In this document: positions 27,813 to 38,269 of the stretch, piece after piece
How positions within the stretch are numbered: position 1 is the stretch's first letter
Layout: the number at the start of each line of letters is the position of its first letter
Assembly (NCBI GenBank): GCA_043824495.1
Contig: JBDRSV010000024.1
Location: 96,001 to 160,000 of the forward strand
Direction of reading: 5' to 3'
DNA length: 64,000 nucleotides
DNA from: Candidatus Aenigmatarchaeota archaeon
GTDB lineage: Archaea; Aenigmatarchaeota; Aenigmatarchaeia; QMZP01
Translations under genes and position numbers: made by a program
Notes under the pieces: generated by a model
What the model saw: the letters and a program-made list of their open reading frames with translations, nothing else
The model's database searches: none
What the model was told of the DNA's origin: nothing

Positions 27813-29804
27813 ATGCATTCACTCCAAGAAGTAAAAGAACACATCAAGACAACGATGTGCAAAGCGGTTCAAGTGAATCGCTGGATGATGTGGATCGCGC
27901 TCGTCGTCATATGTATTGTGGCGATTGAGTTGTTCGTTTGGTTGCCTTCACTGCCAGAAGAGGCGCAAGACGTCCTTTCCCCATTCATAGAAGGTGGAAA
28001 CAGGAATGCAGGCACGTTATTACTCCACTTCTTCTGTTTCATGGGTGCATTGGTGTCTATCTTCTTCAAAATCTTCGGTCCGATCACAAGATCTTATGAT
28101 AATACACTTTTCTGGGAACTCCATCTGGGTGGAACAAAAAGGATCGGATTCCGCCTGGGTGACTGGCCTACTGGTGTGTTCATTGAAGCGGCAGACGTTC
28201 TCAGTGATTTACCAGCGAATGTCAGGAAAAGAATTCCGTGCACCCAGTATGCTGTTTCTCGAATTAAAAGCGTAACGGAATTCGACGACAGCGGTAGAGC
28301 CATCGTCCCACGGGATGAGAGTGTGTCTTCTGTGAGATTCGCCACAGTGGATGATGGTCGACCGGGAACGCTCGACTTGGATAGGGTGTTCTCCTGGGCG
28401 CATAAGTACATCCGAGGCTATTATATCTGCCTGGCCTTTACATGTCTGTTCCTGGCTTGGCCGGTGATAACCGGCTACTCGATCGCGAGCTTCATGCACG
28501 ACCTCCCGGTCCAGATCCACGACATCGCTGTTGACCCATCTCAGAATTCGACGAAAGTAATCGTCAGTTCTGATCGCAATGTCCGGTATGACTCAAGAAT
28601 CGAGGTTGCAGATGACTGTGTCTGCTCCCGATTCATTCTGAACATATACCCGGCAAAGTGTGATTTCCTGGAGGAGATCTTTGCCAGTGACTATGTAATG
28701 AGAGGGTATTATGGGGCTCGAACCAACACCGGGCAGCTCTCCGAAGCAACTGGATGGAATGGTGTCAGGCAAATCAACATCAGACAAGTTGGTGACACCA
28801 TCAAGATTGTACTCGGCCTGAAAGATATGGTTGAGTACGCAATGAGTCGCTCGTCAGAGCACGGCACAAAGGATCTGGTCGTTGGTCTGGACACGCCAGT
28901 CGAGTCCAAACAGACATCGGGCGAATATTGGACCGCGAACAAGTTCGCAGATCAGTACGAAGTTCCTGACAACAATGCCCGTCGCGAGTCATCGTGTGGT
29001 GAATGGAAGTCGTTCGTCAGATTTGTATCTGCGGATAGTAACAACGTATACTTCTCTGCCAGATACGGTGGAGTGTACAGAGTGGATATGAATGGATGGA
29101 TTGACACGATCGTCCCAAACAACGAGGTTGATTACTACCACACGCCAGTGAGTAGCGGTAATAAACTCGCTGGCATCCATGATGGGAATGATCTCTGTAT
29201 TGTGGATATGGATACCAGAAAGGTCAAGAACGTCACCCATGGACAAATATGGGACGTCGATTGGGTCTCGGACACCGGACTCGTGTTCTGGAGAGATCTT
29301 GATGGTGTCTGTTACTACTCCCTCTCTGCGGACTCGTCTTGGTCTTTGAACAAAAAGGCCAAATTCCCATCTGTGTGTGGGGATAAGATATTCTACCTCA
29401 CACACTTACGCACCCATCGGGATGAGTGGGATTCCACACTAATCTGGGAGATGAGCCTTGACGGGTCTTCCAGAACCGTAGCTAGGTTGAAGGGAGGCTA
29501 CTCACACCTGAGTATGTCTTCGGACTGCTCAATTGCAGTTCTGAAAGAGCCGTATAGTTCTGACCGCACGTGGGTCAATAGAATCAAAACATTCTCCTTC
29601 AACGACTGCATTATGACAACACTGACGGAGTGTGGTGAGTCTCCAAGGATCACTACAGACAATCGAATTGTTTATGTCAAGTTGTATCCTGTGGAGGGGC
29701 GTGGGGATTTCAACTCGAACTCAGAAGTCCGGATCATGGATCTGGACGGCAGAAACGACACCTTGATTGTCAACAGAGAGGAACTCCGGAAGTTTCCGAT
29801 GTAA
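27813..29804 (+). CDS. Membrane-anchored protein with AMIN-like domain and TolB-like beta-propeller
   Basis: Three TM helices; QINIRQ..DTIKIVL.L (AMIN-like); repeated W/D.DG propeller-type motifs, ending EVRIMDLDG.N. Confidence 0.7.
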   Translation: MHSLQEVKEHIKTTMCKAVQVNRWMMWIALVVICIVAIELFVWLPSLPEEAQDVLSPFIEGGNRNAGTLLLHFFCFMGALVSIFFKIFGPITRSYDNTLFWELHLGGTKRIGFRLGDWPTGVFIEAADVLSDLPANVRKRIPCTQYAVSRIKSVTEFDDSGRAIVPRDESVSSVRFATVDDGRPGTLDLDRVFSWAHKYIRGYYICLAFTCLFLAWPVITGYSIASFMHDLPVQIHDIAVDPSQNSTKVIVSSDRNVRYDSRIEVADDCVCSRFILNIYPAKCDFLEEIFASDYVMRGYYGARTNTGQLSEATGWNGVRQINIRQVGDTIKIVLGLKDMVEYAMSRSSEHGTKDLVVGLDTPVESKQTSGEYWTANKFADQYEVPDNNARRESSCGEWKSFVRFVSADSNNVYFSARYGGVYRVDMNGWIDTIVPNNEVDYYHTPVSSGNKLAGIHDGNDLCIVDMDTRKVKNVTHGQIWDVDWVSDTGLVFWRDLDGVCYYSLSADSSWSLNKKAKFPSVCGDKIFYLTHLRTHRDEWDSTLIWEMSLDGSSRTVARLKGGYSHLSMSSDCSIAVLKEPYSSDRTWVNRIKTFSFNDCIMTTLTECGESPRITTDNRIVYVKLYPVEGRGDFNSNSEVRIMDLDGRNDTLIVNREELRKFPM

Positions 29805-29822
29805 GCGTGTAGTTATCATTCA

Positions 29823-29852
29823 CACCCCGCCTGGATTCAATTCCAGGCGGGG
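29823..29852 (+). terminator. Perfect 12-bp hairpin
   Basis: ACCCCGCCTGGA-TTCAAT-TCCAGGCGGGGT. Confidence 0.7.
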
Positions 29853-29885
29853 TTGATCATGAAATAAAGAGAAGGGGAGTGTACC

Positions 29886-30890
29886 ATGATAAAAATGTTT
29901 GGTAAACTGCTCTGCGGAGTTGCCATGGTTGTAGGCGGGTTGATCGCAGTGCTAGCGACGATCACTTTCTTCGCAGTCATTGGGAACATGGTAATCGATA
30001 CTTACAAAATTGGCATGCATTTCTCTCCGTTGTTACCGACAGCCTTCATCAGCCTTTGGGTCGCCGCCGTCATGCTTTGGATTACCACCCTCGGCGCGAA
30101 AGGCCTCGGATGGTCGGTATCATGCCATTTGAAATTCAACATCGGTTACGGTTCCATGCTGCTGGGAATCGTCGGCGTAATTGTGATCCTGGGATACTAC
30201 ACATATCTCTTCACCTTTGCTGACATCCCAGGACAACTGGTTGTCCTCAGTATTGACGGTATGGAGACGTTCAGTCGGGTGGAAGTTCGTCTCATGAAAA
30301 TCATGGATTTGGTGCCTCTACTATTCGCATCCATTTGCACCGGATTCACCGGACTGGCTCTCTGGTGGGGACGAATACAATCAATCCGGTTTCCGTTCTC
30401 CCGTTGGTTCGGAATCGCTGTCGCGATGATTCTTGTTATTGTCATGGCAGTGCCTGTTCTTGGTCAGGCCGATTCCACAGGCTTCACTGAGGCCAAGACC
30501 CATCTTTGTGGGATGCAGATGAATTATGCTGAATATTTCGGTGAGTTGTTCGCGGCGCGTTTCGCATCCCGGGAACTTGATATCAATATCTTCGATGCCG
30601 ATGAAGAGTGGATGTGGAGAATGGTTGATTCAACATTCTACCGAAGGGATACACTCTTTGCTGTCAGAGACGGGTTCTCGTCGGTATTTAATATGGCCGA
30701 AGAGAAGGCCGAGCTTGTGGCCGCGACTGATCTGGCGAGAATTGTCGGGAAAATCAGGGGAATCCCGGAAGGTGAACGCGTTCCTTTAAGGTATTGTTTC
30801 CGTGGGGGACAGTTCATCAAGAAAGATACAAACAGAGGTTACCATGCGGTTGTAGTGCAGATTCTTCCGCTGTCTGAGAATCTGGAGTGA
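29886..30890 (+). CDS. Multi-pass membrane protein with soluble C-terminal domain
   Basis: About five TM helices; SD GAAGGGGAG. Confidence 0.75.
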   Translation: MIKMFGKLLCGVAMVVGGLIAVLATITFFAVIGNMVIDTYKIGMHFSPLLPTAFISLWVAAVMLWITTLGAKGLGWSVSCHLKFNIGYGSMLLGIVGVIVILGYYTYLFTFADIPGQLVVLSIDGMETFSRVEVRLMKIMDLVPLLFASICTGFTGLALWWGRIQSIRFPFSRWFGIAVAMILVIVMAVPVLGQADSTGFTEAKTHLCGMQMNYAEYFGELFAARFASRELDINIFDADEEWMWRMVDSTFYRRDTLFAVRDGFSSVFNMAEEKAELVAATDLARIVGKIRGIPEGERVPLRYCFRGGQFIKKDTNRGYHAVVVQILPLSENLE

Positions 30891-30930
30891 AACCAACATT
30901 ATCCTTTCAACATTTGATGGAGGACGGGTC

Positions 30931-31277
30931 ATGAAACTAGTCTTAAATCGTAGGCATCTTATAGATCCCGCCAGTGTCATTGGGCCACGCGTGAACTGGT
31001 TGTTCTCCTGAATGGCCAAGAGGTTCAGGTGCGTCCTATCGACCAGACGATAATTCTGATCGGACGCGATCCGGAATGTGACGTAATACTCGATAATCGC
31101 GCCGTCGACTTCTTCCATGCTCACATTGATTTCGGCGAGAATTTTGTAGTAATTGACAACGTGTCACTCAACGGCACGTTTGTCAACGGAGAAAAGGTCG
31201 AGAAAGCGGTTCTCCGTCCTGGTGATGTGATCACAATAGCCAGGTATGAGATTCACATCCGGTCCCTCCGGAAGTAG
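30931..31277 (+). pseudogene. FHA-domain gene split by a frameshift near 30985
   Basis: SD GGAGG + ATG 30931 in one frame; ELVVLLNG...IGR.PECD......V...HA....SLNGTFVNG (FHA) in another frame with no good start of its own. Confidence 0.7.
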
Positions 31278-31305
31278 ACGACGCGATGGTAGTCTTGTTC
31301 CAATT

Positions 31306-31334
31306 CCGTACAGGTGTTTACAAAATCTGTGCGG
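31306..31334 (+). terminator. Terminal hairpin of block D
   Basis: CCGTACAG...CTGTGCGG followed by GATTT. Confidence 0.55.
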
Positions 31335-31341
31335 GATTTGT

Positions 31342-31364
31342 ATTGTCTAATTAAAGGGATATAA
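31342..31364. repeat. Block-end motif, copy 5 (inverted relative to the other copies)
   Basis: ATTGTCTAATTAAAGGGATATAA. Confidence 0.85.
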
Positions 31365-31445
31365 GAGTTAAGGCTTTGCACAAAAACTCTGTTTTACACA
31401 AAAACTGTGCTTAGCCTAAAAAATTCAAGAAAAAGGAGGTGAAGC

Positions 31446-31664
31446 GTGAAAAAGGTTAAAAGTTGGAAATCTAAAGATAATAATATGATGATTACTCCAA
31501 GATTAGTGTTAATGTTCATTTTTGGACTTATTGCTATTTATGGTCTTTTTGCTGCTCTTAGTCCAGAAAGGTATATAATTCCTCTAGTTTCAGGTGAATT
31601 TGCACAAATTATTGGGTTTATTATATTTATCATAGCAGGTTATTTTTTTGTTAGGTTTAGATAA
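31446..31664 (+). CDS. Small two-TM protein (transposon cargo)
   Basis: SD GGAGGTGA; hydrophobic. Confidence 0.6.
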   Translation: MKKVKSWKSKDNNMMITPRLVLMFIFGLIAIYGLFAALSPERYIIPLVSGEFAQIIGFIIFIIAGYFFVRFR

Positions 31665-31929
31665 TATGGACAAAATACAACTTAAAAAGAATAAGATAGA
31701 TCTGGAAGCTAGATATATAATGCAAGAAAGAAATGCTATTTTATTGGCCCTCCCTGCTTTACCATTAACTTCTTTTAACTTGGGTTTGTTTGTAGGTCAA
31801 CTTGATCCATTAGTCTCTGCATTCATTGCTTTGGTTGTTTTTGAATATCTTTATTTTATTAAGCTTCATTTTGATCGAAAATTAAAGGATAAAATAAAAG
31901 AAATTGATGATCTGATGAGAATTACCTAA
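31648..31929 (+). CDS. Small two-TM protein (transposon cargo)
   Basis: Hydrophobic core with charged ends. Confidence 0.6.
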   Translation: MLGLDNMDKIQLKKNKIDLEARYIMQERNAILLALPALPLTSFNLGLFVGQLDPLVSAFIALVVFEYLYFIKLHFDRKLKDKIKEIDDLMRIT

Positions 31930-31990
31930 GGCGAATTCTGACCAAAAACCCTTGCATTGATTTATATTCCTTTCCAACTAATTCTTTCCT

Positions 31991-32644
31991 ATGACAAAAC
32001 CAATCGCACTATCGGCAAGTAGCATAAGACTTTTCCTAGAGTGCCCTCGATGCTTCTGGCTGCATATAAACAAGAAGGTAAGAAGGCCTTCGGGAGCTTT
32101 CCCATCGTTGCCAGCGGGTATGGACAAGATACTCAAGATACACTTTGATGAGTACAGGGAGAAAGGCAAGATACCAAAAGAGCTAGAAGGCAAATTCAGC
32201 GGCAAGCTTTTTGGTGATACAGAAATATTGGGTGTGTGGCGTAACAACAGAAAAGGGCTAAGACATACAGACAAAAAGAGTGGCATTATTCTCATGGGAG
32301 CGTTAGATGACCTCTTTGTCACCAATAATGGACAGTTTGCACCATTGGACTTCAAAACAAGAGGCTATCCCCTCAAGGAAGACACACATGAACACTATCA
32401 GCACCAGATGGACATTTACTCATATCTTCTAGAAAAGAACAACATGAAGACTGCAGGCTATGCAATACTCATATTCTACCATCCGAAACGTGTTACAAGC
32501 ACATGCAATGTTGAGTTTAATGCAGACCCTTTGAAGGTGAAGACCAGCATAAAGGACGGTGAGAAGATATTTTTGGATGCTGTAAAATGCCTTTCGGGGA
32601 AAGAGCCCAATCCTGGCAAGGACTGTGGGTTTTGTAGATGGTGA
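31991..32644 (+). CDS. PD-(D/E)XK (RecB/Cas4-like) nuclease
   Basis: LS.S....F..CPRCFW, G.LDDL, DFKT, Q...Y, C-terminal CGFC. Confidence 0.9.
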   Translation: MTKPIALSASSIRLFLECPRCFWLHINKKVRRPSGAFPSLPAGMDKILKIHFDEYREKGKIPKELEGKFSGKLFGDTEILGVWRNNRKGLRHTDKKSGIILMGALDDLFVTNNGQFAPLDFKTRGYPLKEDTHEHYQHQMDIYSYLLEKNNMKTAGYAILIFYHPKRVTSTCNVEFNADPLKVKTSIKDGEKIFLDAVKCLSGKEPNPGKDCGFCRW

Positions 32645-32751
32645 TTCAAATCTATTTTCAGTGTCAAACAAACCTATTTAAATAAAACAGACCACTTTCT
32701 ATTGGAACTAATTAAATATATACCAACTGAAACCAATAATTAATAGTTCAT

Positions 32752-33384
32752 ATGCTTATGGACGAACGAAAACCAGAAATAAAAATTGTAGATAGGTCAT
32801 TCTTACTTTACCTTCTATCGAAGGCCCAAGAAGCTAAAGCAGAATTAGGTAGAACCTTATTACAGAAATTTGTTTTCGCTACTGAGGTTACTACGAAAGG
32901 AAAGGGTGGTGGAGGGCTAAATTATTATATTTATAAATGGAAACATGGTCCATTTAGCAAAGAGCTTGCACAAGATAGAGAAGTTCTTCTAAAAAACAAT
33001 TTAATAACAGATAGTAATGAACTTACAAAAGAAGGGCATAAAATATTATCATATATTAATCCCATTGTTGATAAAGATTCGGAATCTAAAGCCGTAATAA
33101 GTGTAATAACTAAAACTCTTTCTGGGAGAAGCTTGTCTCATATATTAGAAATTATTTATAAGTCCGATTTTGATCTCCCAAATGGGAAAAGAATGAAAAT
33201 AAAGACAATACCAGAGGGGACTCCAATGATTTTCAGATCGGAAGAACGAGATGTTAAAAACAGATCTCTCTTCACAGAATCTACGATAGAAACACTGGCC
33301 ATAATGATGAATAAGGAAAAACATTCTTCTCTTAAGAAAGCCATGTCAATGCCGATGATAGGAGAATTCAAATATGATATATGA
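32752..33384 (+). CDS. DUF4065/SocA-like antitoxin
   Basis: GRT.LQK.VF, Y..W.HGPFS.EL. Confidence 0.7.
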   Translation: MLMDERKPEIKIVDRSFLLYLLSKAQEAKAELGRTLLQKFVFATEVTTKGKGGGGLNYYIYKWKHGPFSKELAQDREVLLKNNLITDSNELTKEGHKILSYINPIVDKDSESKAVISVITKTLSGRSLSHILEIIYKSDFDLPNGKRMKIKTIPEGTPMIFRSEERDVKNRSLFTESTIETLAIMMNKEKHSSLKKAMSMPMIGEFKYDI

Positions 33385-33779
33385 TAAAAAAAAGATTTCT
33401 TGAAACTAGCGGATTTCGTGAATTCTTCCAAAGTTTGAGCGATTTCGACAAAAAAAATGTTAAAAAAATTATAGAAAAAATAAGAGAACGTGTGGAGTAT
33501 AATATACTTAAACCAGATAGTTTTCTTCGCTATGAGTTTGCAGGCACGCGGAAAGAAAGAAGAGAAAGACTTAGAGTATTCTATCGCGTGTGTGAGGAAT
33601 GCCGAAGACTAGGTCATGATAAAATCGAAGGCAGATGTCACGATTGCCCAAGAGAAGACGATATCATTTGTCTTATATGGGGAGACGATATTCGAGACGA
33701 TGAAACATATAAAGATAAAACAATGCTTGACAGACCAGGAGCTAAAATAGATAAGAGGTCAAATGAATTCTGTGAATGA
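33381..33779 (+). CDS. RelE/ParE-like toxin with CxxC...CxxC insertion
   Basis: F.....F......DKK, LRVFY.VCEECR; coupled to the upstream gene. Confidence 0.55.
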   Translation: MIKKRFLETSGFREFFQSLSDFDKKNVKKIIEKIRERVEYNILKPDSFLRYEFAGTRKERRERLRVFYRVCEECRRLGHDKIEGRCHDCPREDDIICLIWGDDIRDDETYKDKTMLDRPGAKIDKRSNEFCE

Positions 33780-33816
33780 ATTAATTTTTTATTTTACGGC
33801 GATTTTGGCCTAAAAC

Positions 33817-34050
33817 CTATCTATCAACAGTCTCTACCCACGGCGCTTTTCTCTCAGGCAGTTTACTTCCTTTGATCACTATCTTGAATTTTAGTGGATT
33901 AGTAATATGCTTTCTGAATTCGTCTTTCCTCATTTCTGTCAAGTGTCTGACTATCTCAACAACATTGAGTCTGTATTCTTCGCTGAATCCTTCTTTTGGT
34001 GGTTTAGGGTCCTTTATTCTAATGTCTTTTAGAATTATATCTACCATCAT
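33817..34050 (-). CDS. Small hypothetical protein
   Basis: 77-aa ORF in a co-directional run. Confidence 0.55.
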   Translation of the reverse strand: MMVDIILKDIRIKDPKPPKEGFSEEYRLNVVEIVRHLTEMRKDEFRKHITNPLKFKIVIKGSKLPERKAPWVETVDR

Positions 34051-34073
34051 TATATTTGGAGCAAAGAAATAAA

Positions 34074-34379
34074 TTAGCTTTCAATTCGCGTGGGGAGCCC
34101 CGATTCTCTGAGGCGTTTTATACGTTCCTCATGAGTCATTTTACCTGTGCCTCTTTCTATAGAGTCCTTTATTTCTGTTTTAGATGCTTTGCATTCAGGA
34201 CATTTGGTATGGACATCGAGCTTTTCTGGATGATATTTTGGTATCAATTTACTTCTTCCTGCAGCATGAGCTCTCCCTTCGCTATACCAATCAAGTGTTT
34301 TGGTAATATCAATATCCGCCTTTTTACAGAATGGGCACCTGATACTTTCTCTTGTAAATTCAGGTTTTGATCTTGTCAT
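34074..34379 (-). CDS. Zinc-ribbon protein
   Basis: CPFC and CPEC pairs. Confidence 0.65.
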   Translation of the reverse strand: MTRSKPEFTRESIRCPFCKKADIDITKTLDWYSEGRAHAAGRSKLIPKYHPEKLDVHTKCPECKASKTEIKDSIERGTGKMTHEERIKRLRESGLPTRIES

Positions 34380-34384
34380 ATATC

Positions 34385-37111
34385 TTATATTTTCTCTATT
34401 ATTTTCTTCTCTTCTTCTGTTATCCCGTATATTCTATATATATATGAATCTATTTCTTTGTCAATTCTTTGTATCTCATTTTCTATATGTACTCTTCTAT
34501 CCGTTTTTTTGTCACCTATCTCATTTAAACTGTTATTCATAGAAATTATTTTATCAACTAAGTTAATGACATCTTTCTCTGTTTCTTTACTAACTAGTTT
34601 AATAGGAAATTTCTTCGTATTAGCAATTAGTATTTTTTGGAATAGCCTTTTTGAAGGATCTAAATATTTCTCTTTATGGTAAAAAGTCATTAGCTTTGAG
34701 TTTAAAATTGCTAGAATATATTTAATTTGATCAGAACTACCGTTCTTGGGTATTATATTAAATCCTATTTGTGTGTTATATAACTCCTTTTCGGTATATC
34801 CAGCGTATATTTTTGGAGGTTTACCACTGATAATCTGTCTCACGACTATACGAGGTTTTAAGAAAAATCTCTGTTCTCTGGGAGCGCCTAGCCATTTCCC
34901 ATAACTAATATATTCTGTTTGGTTCCATTTTATACCATATCTTATAATGCCTGCTCCAGATAAGAGGGGTTTGAAAGTTTCATTCTTTTTTGTTTCTGAA
35001 TGAAAAACTTTATTTTTTATTTGATCTTGTGTATGACCTTTGTATTTATCATAAGGTGTTAATCCTAGCGAGAAATCGCACAAATCTATCAAAGGTTTTG
35101 TACCTTCTTCAATCTTTTTAATTATTTTACTTATAGTAGGATTTCGAGATATATTGATAATGTTATCACGACTCCAGTCTAGTTGATTAAATGTTGTGTA
35201 TGTATTGCAATTTTCTTTGTCTATGAAACTTATCTTTTCTTCACTAGGATAAATCAAAAGTTCACATTTAGTACTTTTTGTTGGCTTCTTTTTTTGGTAT
35301 ATGAGTATTATGGTCTCTACTTTAGCCTTCTCAAAAACATTATCAGGAAGTCTCACAATCTTTTTAAGAGTCGCTTCGTTTAATAGTAATTTTCTTATTT
35401 TTGAATATGATTGATTATATAGGATTGAATTCGGTATAATAAAACCGAAGTATCCTCCATTCTTTAGTAGACGGAAAGATTTTTCAACAAAAACTGAGTA
35501 CAGATTCATTCTATTTTCTACTGTTTCATATGCCGAAAATAAATATTTAACAATTAGAGGATCTAGCTGTTTTATATCTACATACGGTGGATTACCAATT
35601 ATAATATCAAAGGAACCTCCTTCAAAATCGTCTATCCATTTAAAAGAGTCTAATCCAGCAACCTCTTCAGCATCTATTAAACTGTTTCCATGACATATAT
35701 GAGTATCAATCTCTGTGGGTAGTTTTCTTCCCTTTTCTGCAGCCTTCAGTAATAAATTCAGTTTTGTTATTTCTACTGCTTTATTGTCTAAGTCCACACC
35801 GTAAAAGTTATTCTTAAGCATGTGTGTTTTAACTGAATAAATTCCCTGATAATCTAATCTCATTTGTTTTGCTTCTGGTTTTTGCATCATACTATTCAAC
35901 AAATGATCAAAAGACTTTATTAAGAATGAACCAGAACCACACGCAGGGTCTAATATTTTAATTTCTAATGGCTTCGTTTTTTTATCTGTTATTAACTCTC
36001 CTAAAGTGTTTCTAATAATATAATCTACTACATAAGTCGGTGTGTAATAAATGCCTTGTTCCTTTCTATGTAGTCTCGAATCTCTTAATTGAGCTTTCCC
36101 TGATTTCTTTTGATCAAGAATTAGACCCAAGTATTGCTCATAAACTTGACCTAGAACATCAGCATCTATCCAGTCAAAATTATAAATGTATGTTTTGTCT
36201 TTCGATTCGTATAAATAATAAATTAAATTTTTAATTATAGATCCGTTGATATTGATTGTATCACAATCATTATCTCTCGATATAGCAAACAAACCACTGT
36301 TATATACATCATCATATGTTTTGAATATTTCCTTCAGTTTTGTGTAAGCTTTACTATCATGTAGGTGTTTTATATCGCTAAGTATAACACCATCAGGATT
36401 TATGTTTATGTCTTCACAGCGTCGAATAAATATAAGTCTGTCTAGAATTCTCTGGACTATATCATCCTTCTCATCAATAGAATACTTTTTTGCATAGGTT
36501 TTCTCAATGTCGCTAGCAATTAAACTTCTTATAAGCATCAAATCATTAAGCAGGGTTTTATCGATAGAAACCCTTTTCTTCAATCTACCTTCATCTTCAG
36601 CTTTTTTAAGGATAATATTTTCTTCAAAACTGTTTTTTGATAAGAAAAGCAAATCTTCAAAGCTGTTGATATAATCTTCTGGGGTATTGAAAACTCGGAA
36701 TTTATTTCTTATAGAATTTTCTTCCTCTACACAAAATATTCTTGTTTCTTCAAAGTTGGTTGATACTGCAAAAGGTACTCTCTTTGATAGTGCATATGAT
36801 ATTACTTGTTTATCCGCTTCTCTATCTAAAGATACACCAACCTTTTTGACTTCAAGAAAGAAAACAGTTCTGCCATTAATCTTAAAGGCGTAATCTGCGC
36901 GTCCTCTTTGACTTCCTCTATGTGCTTGAGACTGTTTATCAAAATCATTTCGCTCCCAACCAAGCAACTGAAAAAGAGGTTCAATTAATCTAGTTTCTGT
37001 ATCAGCTTCTGACAGTTTTTTATATGATTCTTTGTCAGCGTTGAATTCGTTAATTAATTTTTGAATTTCCTCCTTAATGATCTCTTTATCCATATAATTA
37101 GAATGAAACAA
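34385..37111 (-). CDS. Type IIG restriction-modification enzyme (nuclease + N6-adenine MTase + TaqI-like TRD)
   Basis: E..T...LI.PLF..LGW, ADY...EVK nuclease; DPACGSG; GNPPY. Confidence 0.92.
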   Translation of the reverse strand: MFHSNYMDKEIIKEEIQKLINEFNADKESYKKLSEADTETRLIEPLFQLLGWERNDFDKQSQAHRGSQRGRADYAFKINGRTVFFLEVKKVGVSLDREADKQVISYALSKRVPFAVSTNFEETRIFCVEEENSIRNKFRVFNTPEDYINSFEDLLFLSKNSFEENIILKKAEDEGRLKKRVSIDKTLLNDLMLIRSLIASDIEKTYAKKYSIDEKDDIVQRILDRLIFIRRCEDININPDGVILSDIKHLHDSKAYTKLKEIFKTYDDVYNSGLFAISRDNDCDTININGSIIKNLIYYLYESKDKTYIYNFDWIDADVLGQVYEQYLGLILDQKKSGKAQLRDSRLHRKEQGIYYTPTYVVDYIIRNTLGELITDKKTKPLEIKILDPACGSGSFLIKSFDHLLNSMMQKPEAKQMRLDYQGIYSVKTHMLKNNFYGVDLDNKAVEITKLNLLLKAAEKGRKLPTEIDTHICHGNSLIDAEEVAGLDSFKWIDDFEGGSFDIIIGNPPYVDIKQLDPLIVKYLFSAYETVENRMNLYSVFVEKSFRLLKNGGYFGFIIPNSILYNQSYSKIRKLLLNEATLKKIVRLPDNVFEKAKVETIILIYQKKKPTKSTKCELLIYPSEEKISFIDKENCNTYTTFNQLDWSRDNIINISRNPTISKIIKKIEEGTKPLIDLCDFSLGLTPYDKYKGHTQDQIKNKVFHSETKKNETFKPLLSGAGIIRYGIKWNQTEYISYGKWLGAPREQRFFLKPRIVVRQIISGKPPKIYAGYTEKELYNTQIGFNIIPKNGSSDQIKYILAILNSKLMTFYHKEKYLDPSKRLFQKILIANTKKFPIKLVSKETEKDVINLVDKIISMNNSLNEIGDKKTDRRVHIENEIQRIDKEIDSYIYRIYGITEEEKKIIEKI

Positions 37112-37248
37112 ATTCTAATAAGCTTTATCTTCACCAATAATTTCTGTTTCTCCTTTTCTGCCGCTGTACAAGTTCTGGTTCAGTGCGGTTCAACTTAGTT
37201 CAACTGAACTGTAGAAAACTTTATAAGCCCTATAAACAAGGATAATGT

Positions 37249-38268
37249 ATGCAAAAAAAATATTCAGCAGATTGGCTTGAAAAAGCTGAGATTGTGAAAA
37301 GAAAAATAAAGGACCTACAACTGGATCCAGAAAATGTTAGGTTTAGCCATATACCACAAATTCATAAGAGCACAAAAAACATAGAAGAAATAATGAAGGA
37401 GGATGACGGCATCTTTGACCTTTATGATCAAATACTTTCTTCAAATGGTATTATAGAGCCTATTGTAATTGATTCAAATAATATGGTCATCGAGGGTAAT
37501 CGAAGATTAACTTGTTTGAGGCTCTTGGATGACCAGGCAAAAAAAGGAGAATTAGATGATGAAGGCATATCTAGAACCCAGTTTGAAGAGGTGCAATGCA
37601 GACTCTTGCCTAAAATAGATGACGAAACAAGGGATCTTTTCCTTGCAACAATACATGTGAAAGGCAAGAAGCCTTGGAAAAGATTTAATAAAGCCAAGCA
37701 TATATACAGGCTTAACAGAATGCACAAAATAAGTTATGACGAAATAGCAAGACTTCTTGGGATGGGAAAAGCCACCGTCCAGAGAAATGTTTCTGTTTAT
37801 GTGGAGGTCAGTAAATATCACACAAGATTCTCTGACGATAAAGAATGGTTTAAGAAATTCATGCTCTATGAGCAGTTTTTTATGAGAAAAGATTTAAGAG
37901 ATTTTAGAGAAGATCAAGAAAACATAAACATTTTTGCTAAATGGGTTTATTCTGGAAAATTTCAAAATCATAAAGATATTAGAAGATTATATGAAGTCCT
38001 AAATGATGAGGACTCAAAAAATGAATTTGAAAAGACAAATATGGAGAACGCCATAAAAACATTGGAAACCAAGAATCCTGAGCTCGTAGACGCTGACTTT
38101 AAGAAAATAAACGACACTATAAGTGTTTTACAAGAAATTTCAAGAGCTAAGCTCAATGATATTGTCTCAAACCCAGAGAAAATAAAACTATTAAATTCGC
38201 TTGAGCATGAACTGAAAAACTTACTGATTGATATAGAAAGCAGAAAAGACAGCTTAAGGAAAAAATAA
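37249..38268 (+). CDS. ParB/Srx N-terminal domain protein
   Basis: L.LDP.NVRF, GI.EPIV.......IEGNRR...L, HTH-like SYDEIA..LG. Confidence 0.8.
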   Translation: MQKKYSADWLEKAEIVKRKIKDLQLDPENVRFSHIPQIHKSTKNIEEIMKEDDGIFDLYDQILSSNGIIEPIVIDSNNMVIEGNRRLTCLRLLDDQAKKGELDDEGISRTQFEEVQCRLLPKIDDETRDLFLATIHVKGKKPWKRFNKAKHIYRLNRMHKISYDEIARLLGMGKATVQRNVSVYVEVSKYHTRFSDDKEWFKKFMLYEQFFMRKDLRDFREDQENINIFAKWVYSGKFQNHKDIRRLYEVLNDEDSKNEFEKTNMENAIKTLETKNPELVDADFKKINDTISVLQEISRAKLNDIVSNPEKIKLLNSLEHELKNLLIDIESRKDSLRKK

Positions 38269-38269
38269 T

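Larger units (their letters stand above)
22400..31364 (+). other. Foreign block D: about ten co-oriented orphan genes with repeated intergenic hairpins; left end approximate
   Basis: GC shift, AAGGAG-type SD sites, all genes on +, motif copy 5 at the right end. Confidence 0.7.
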
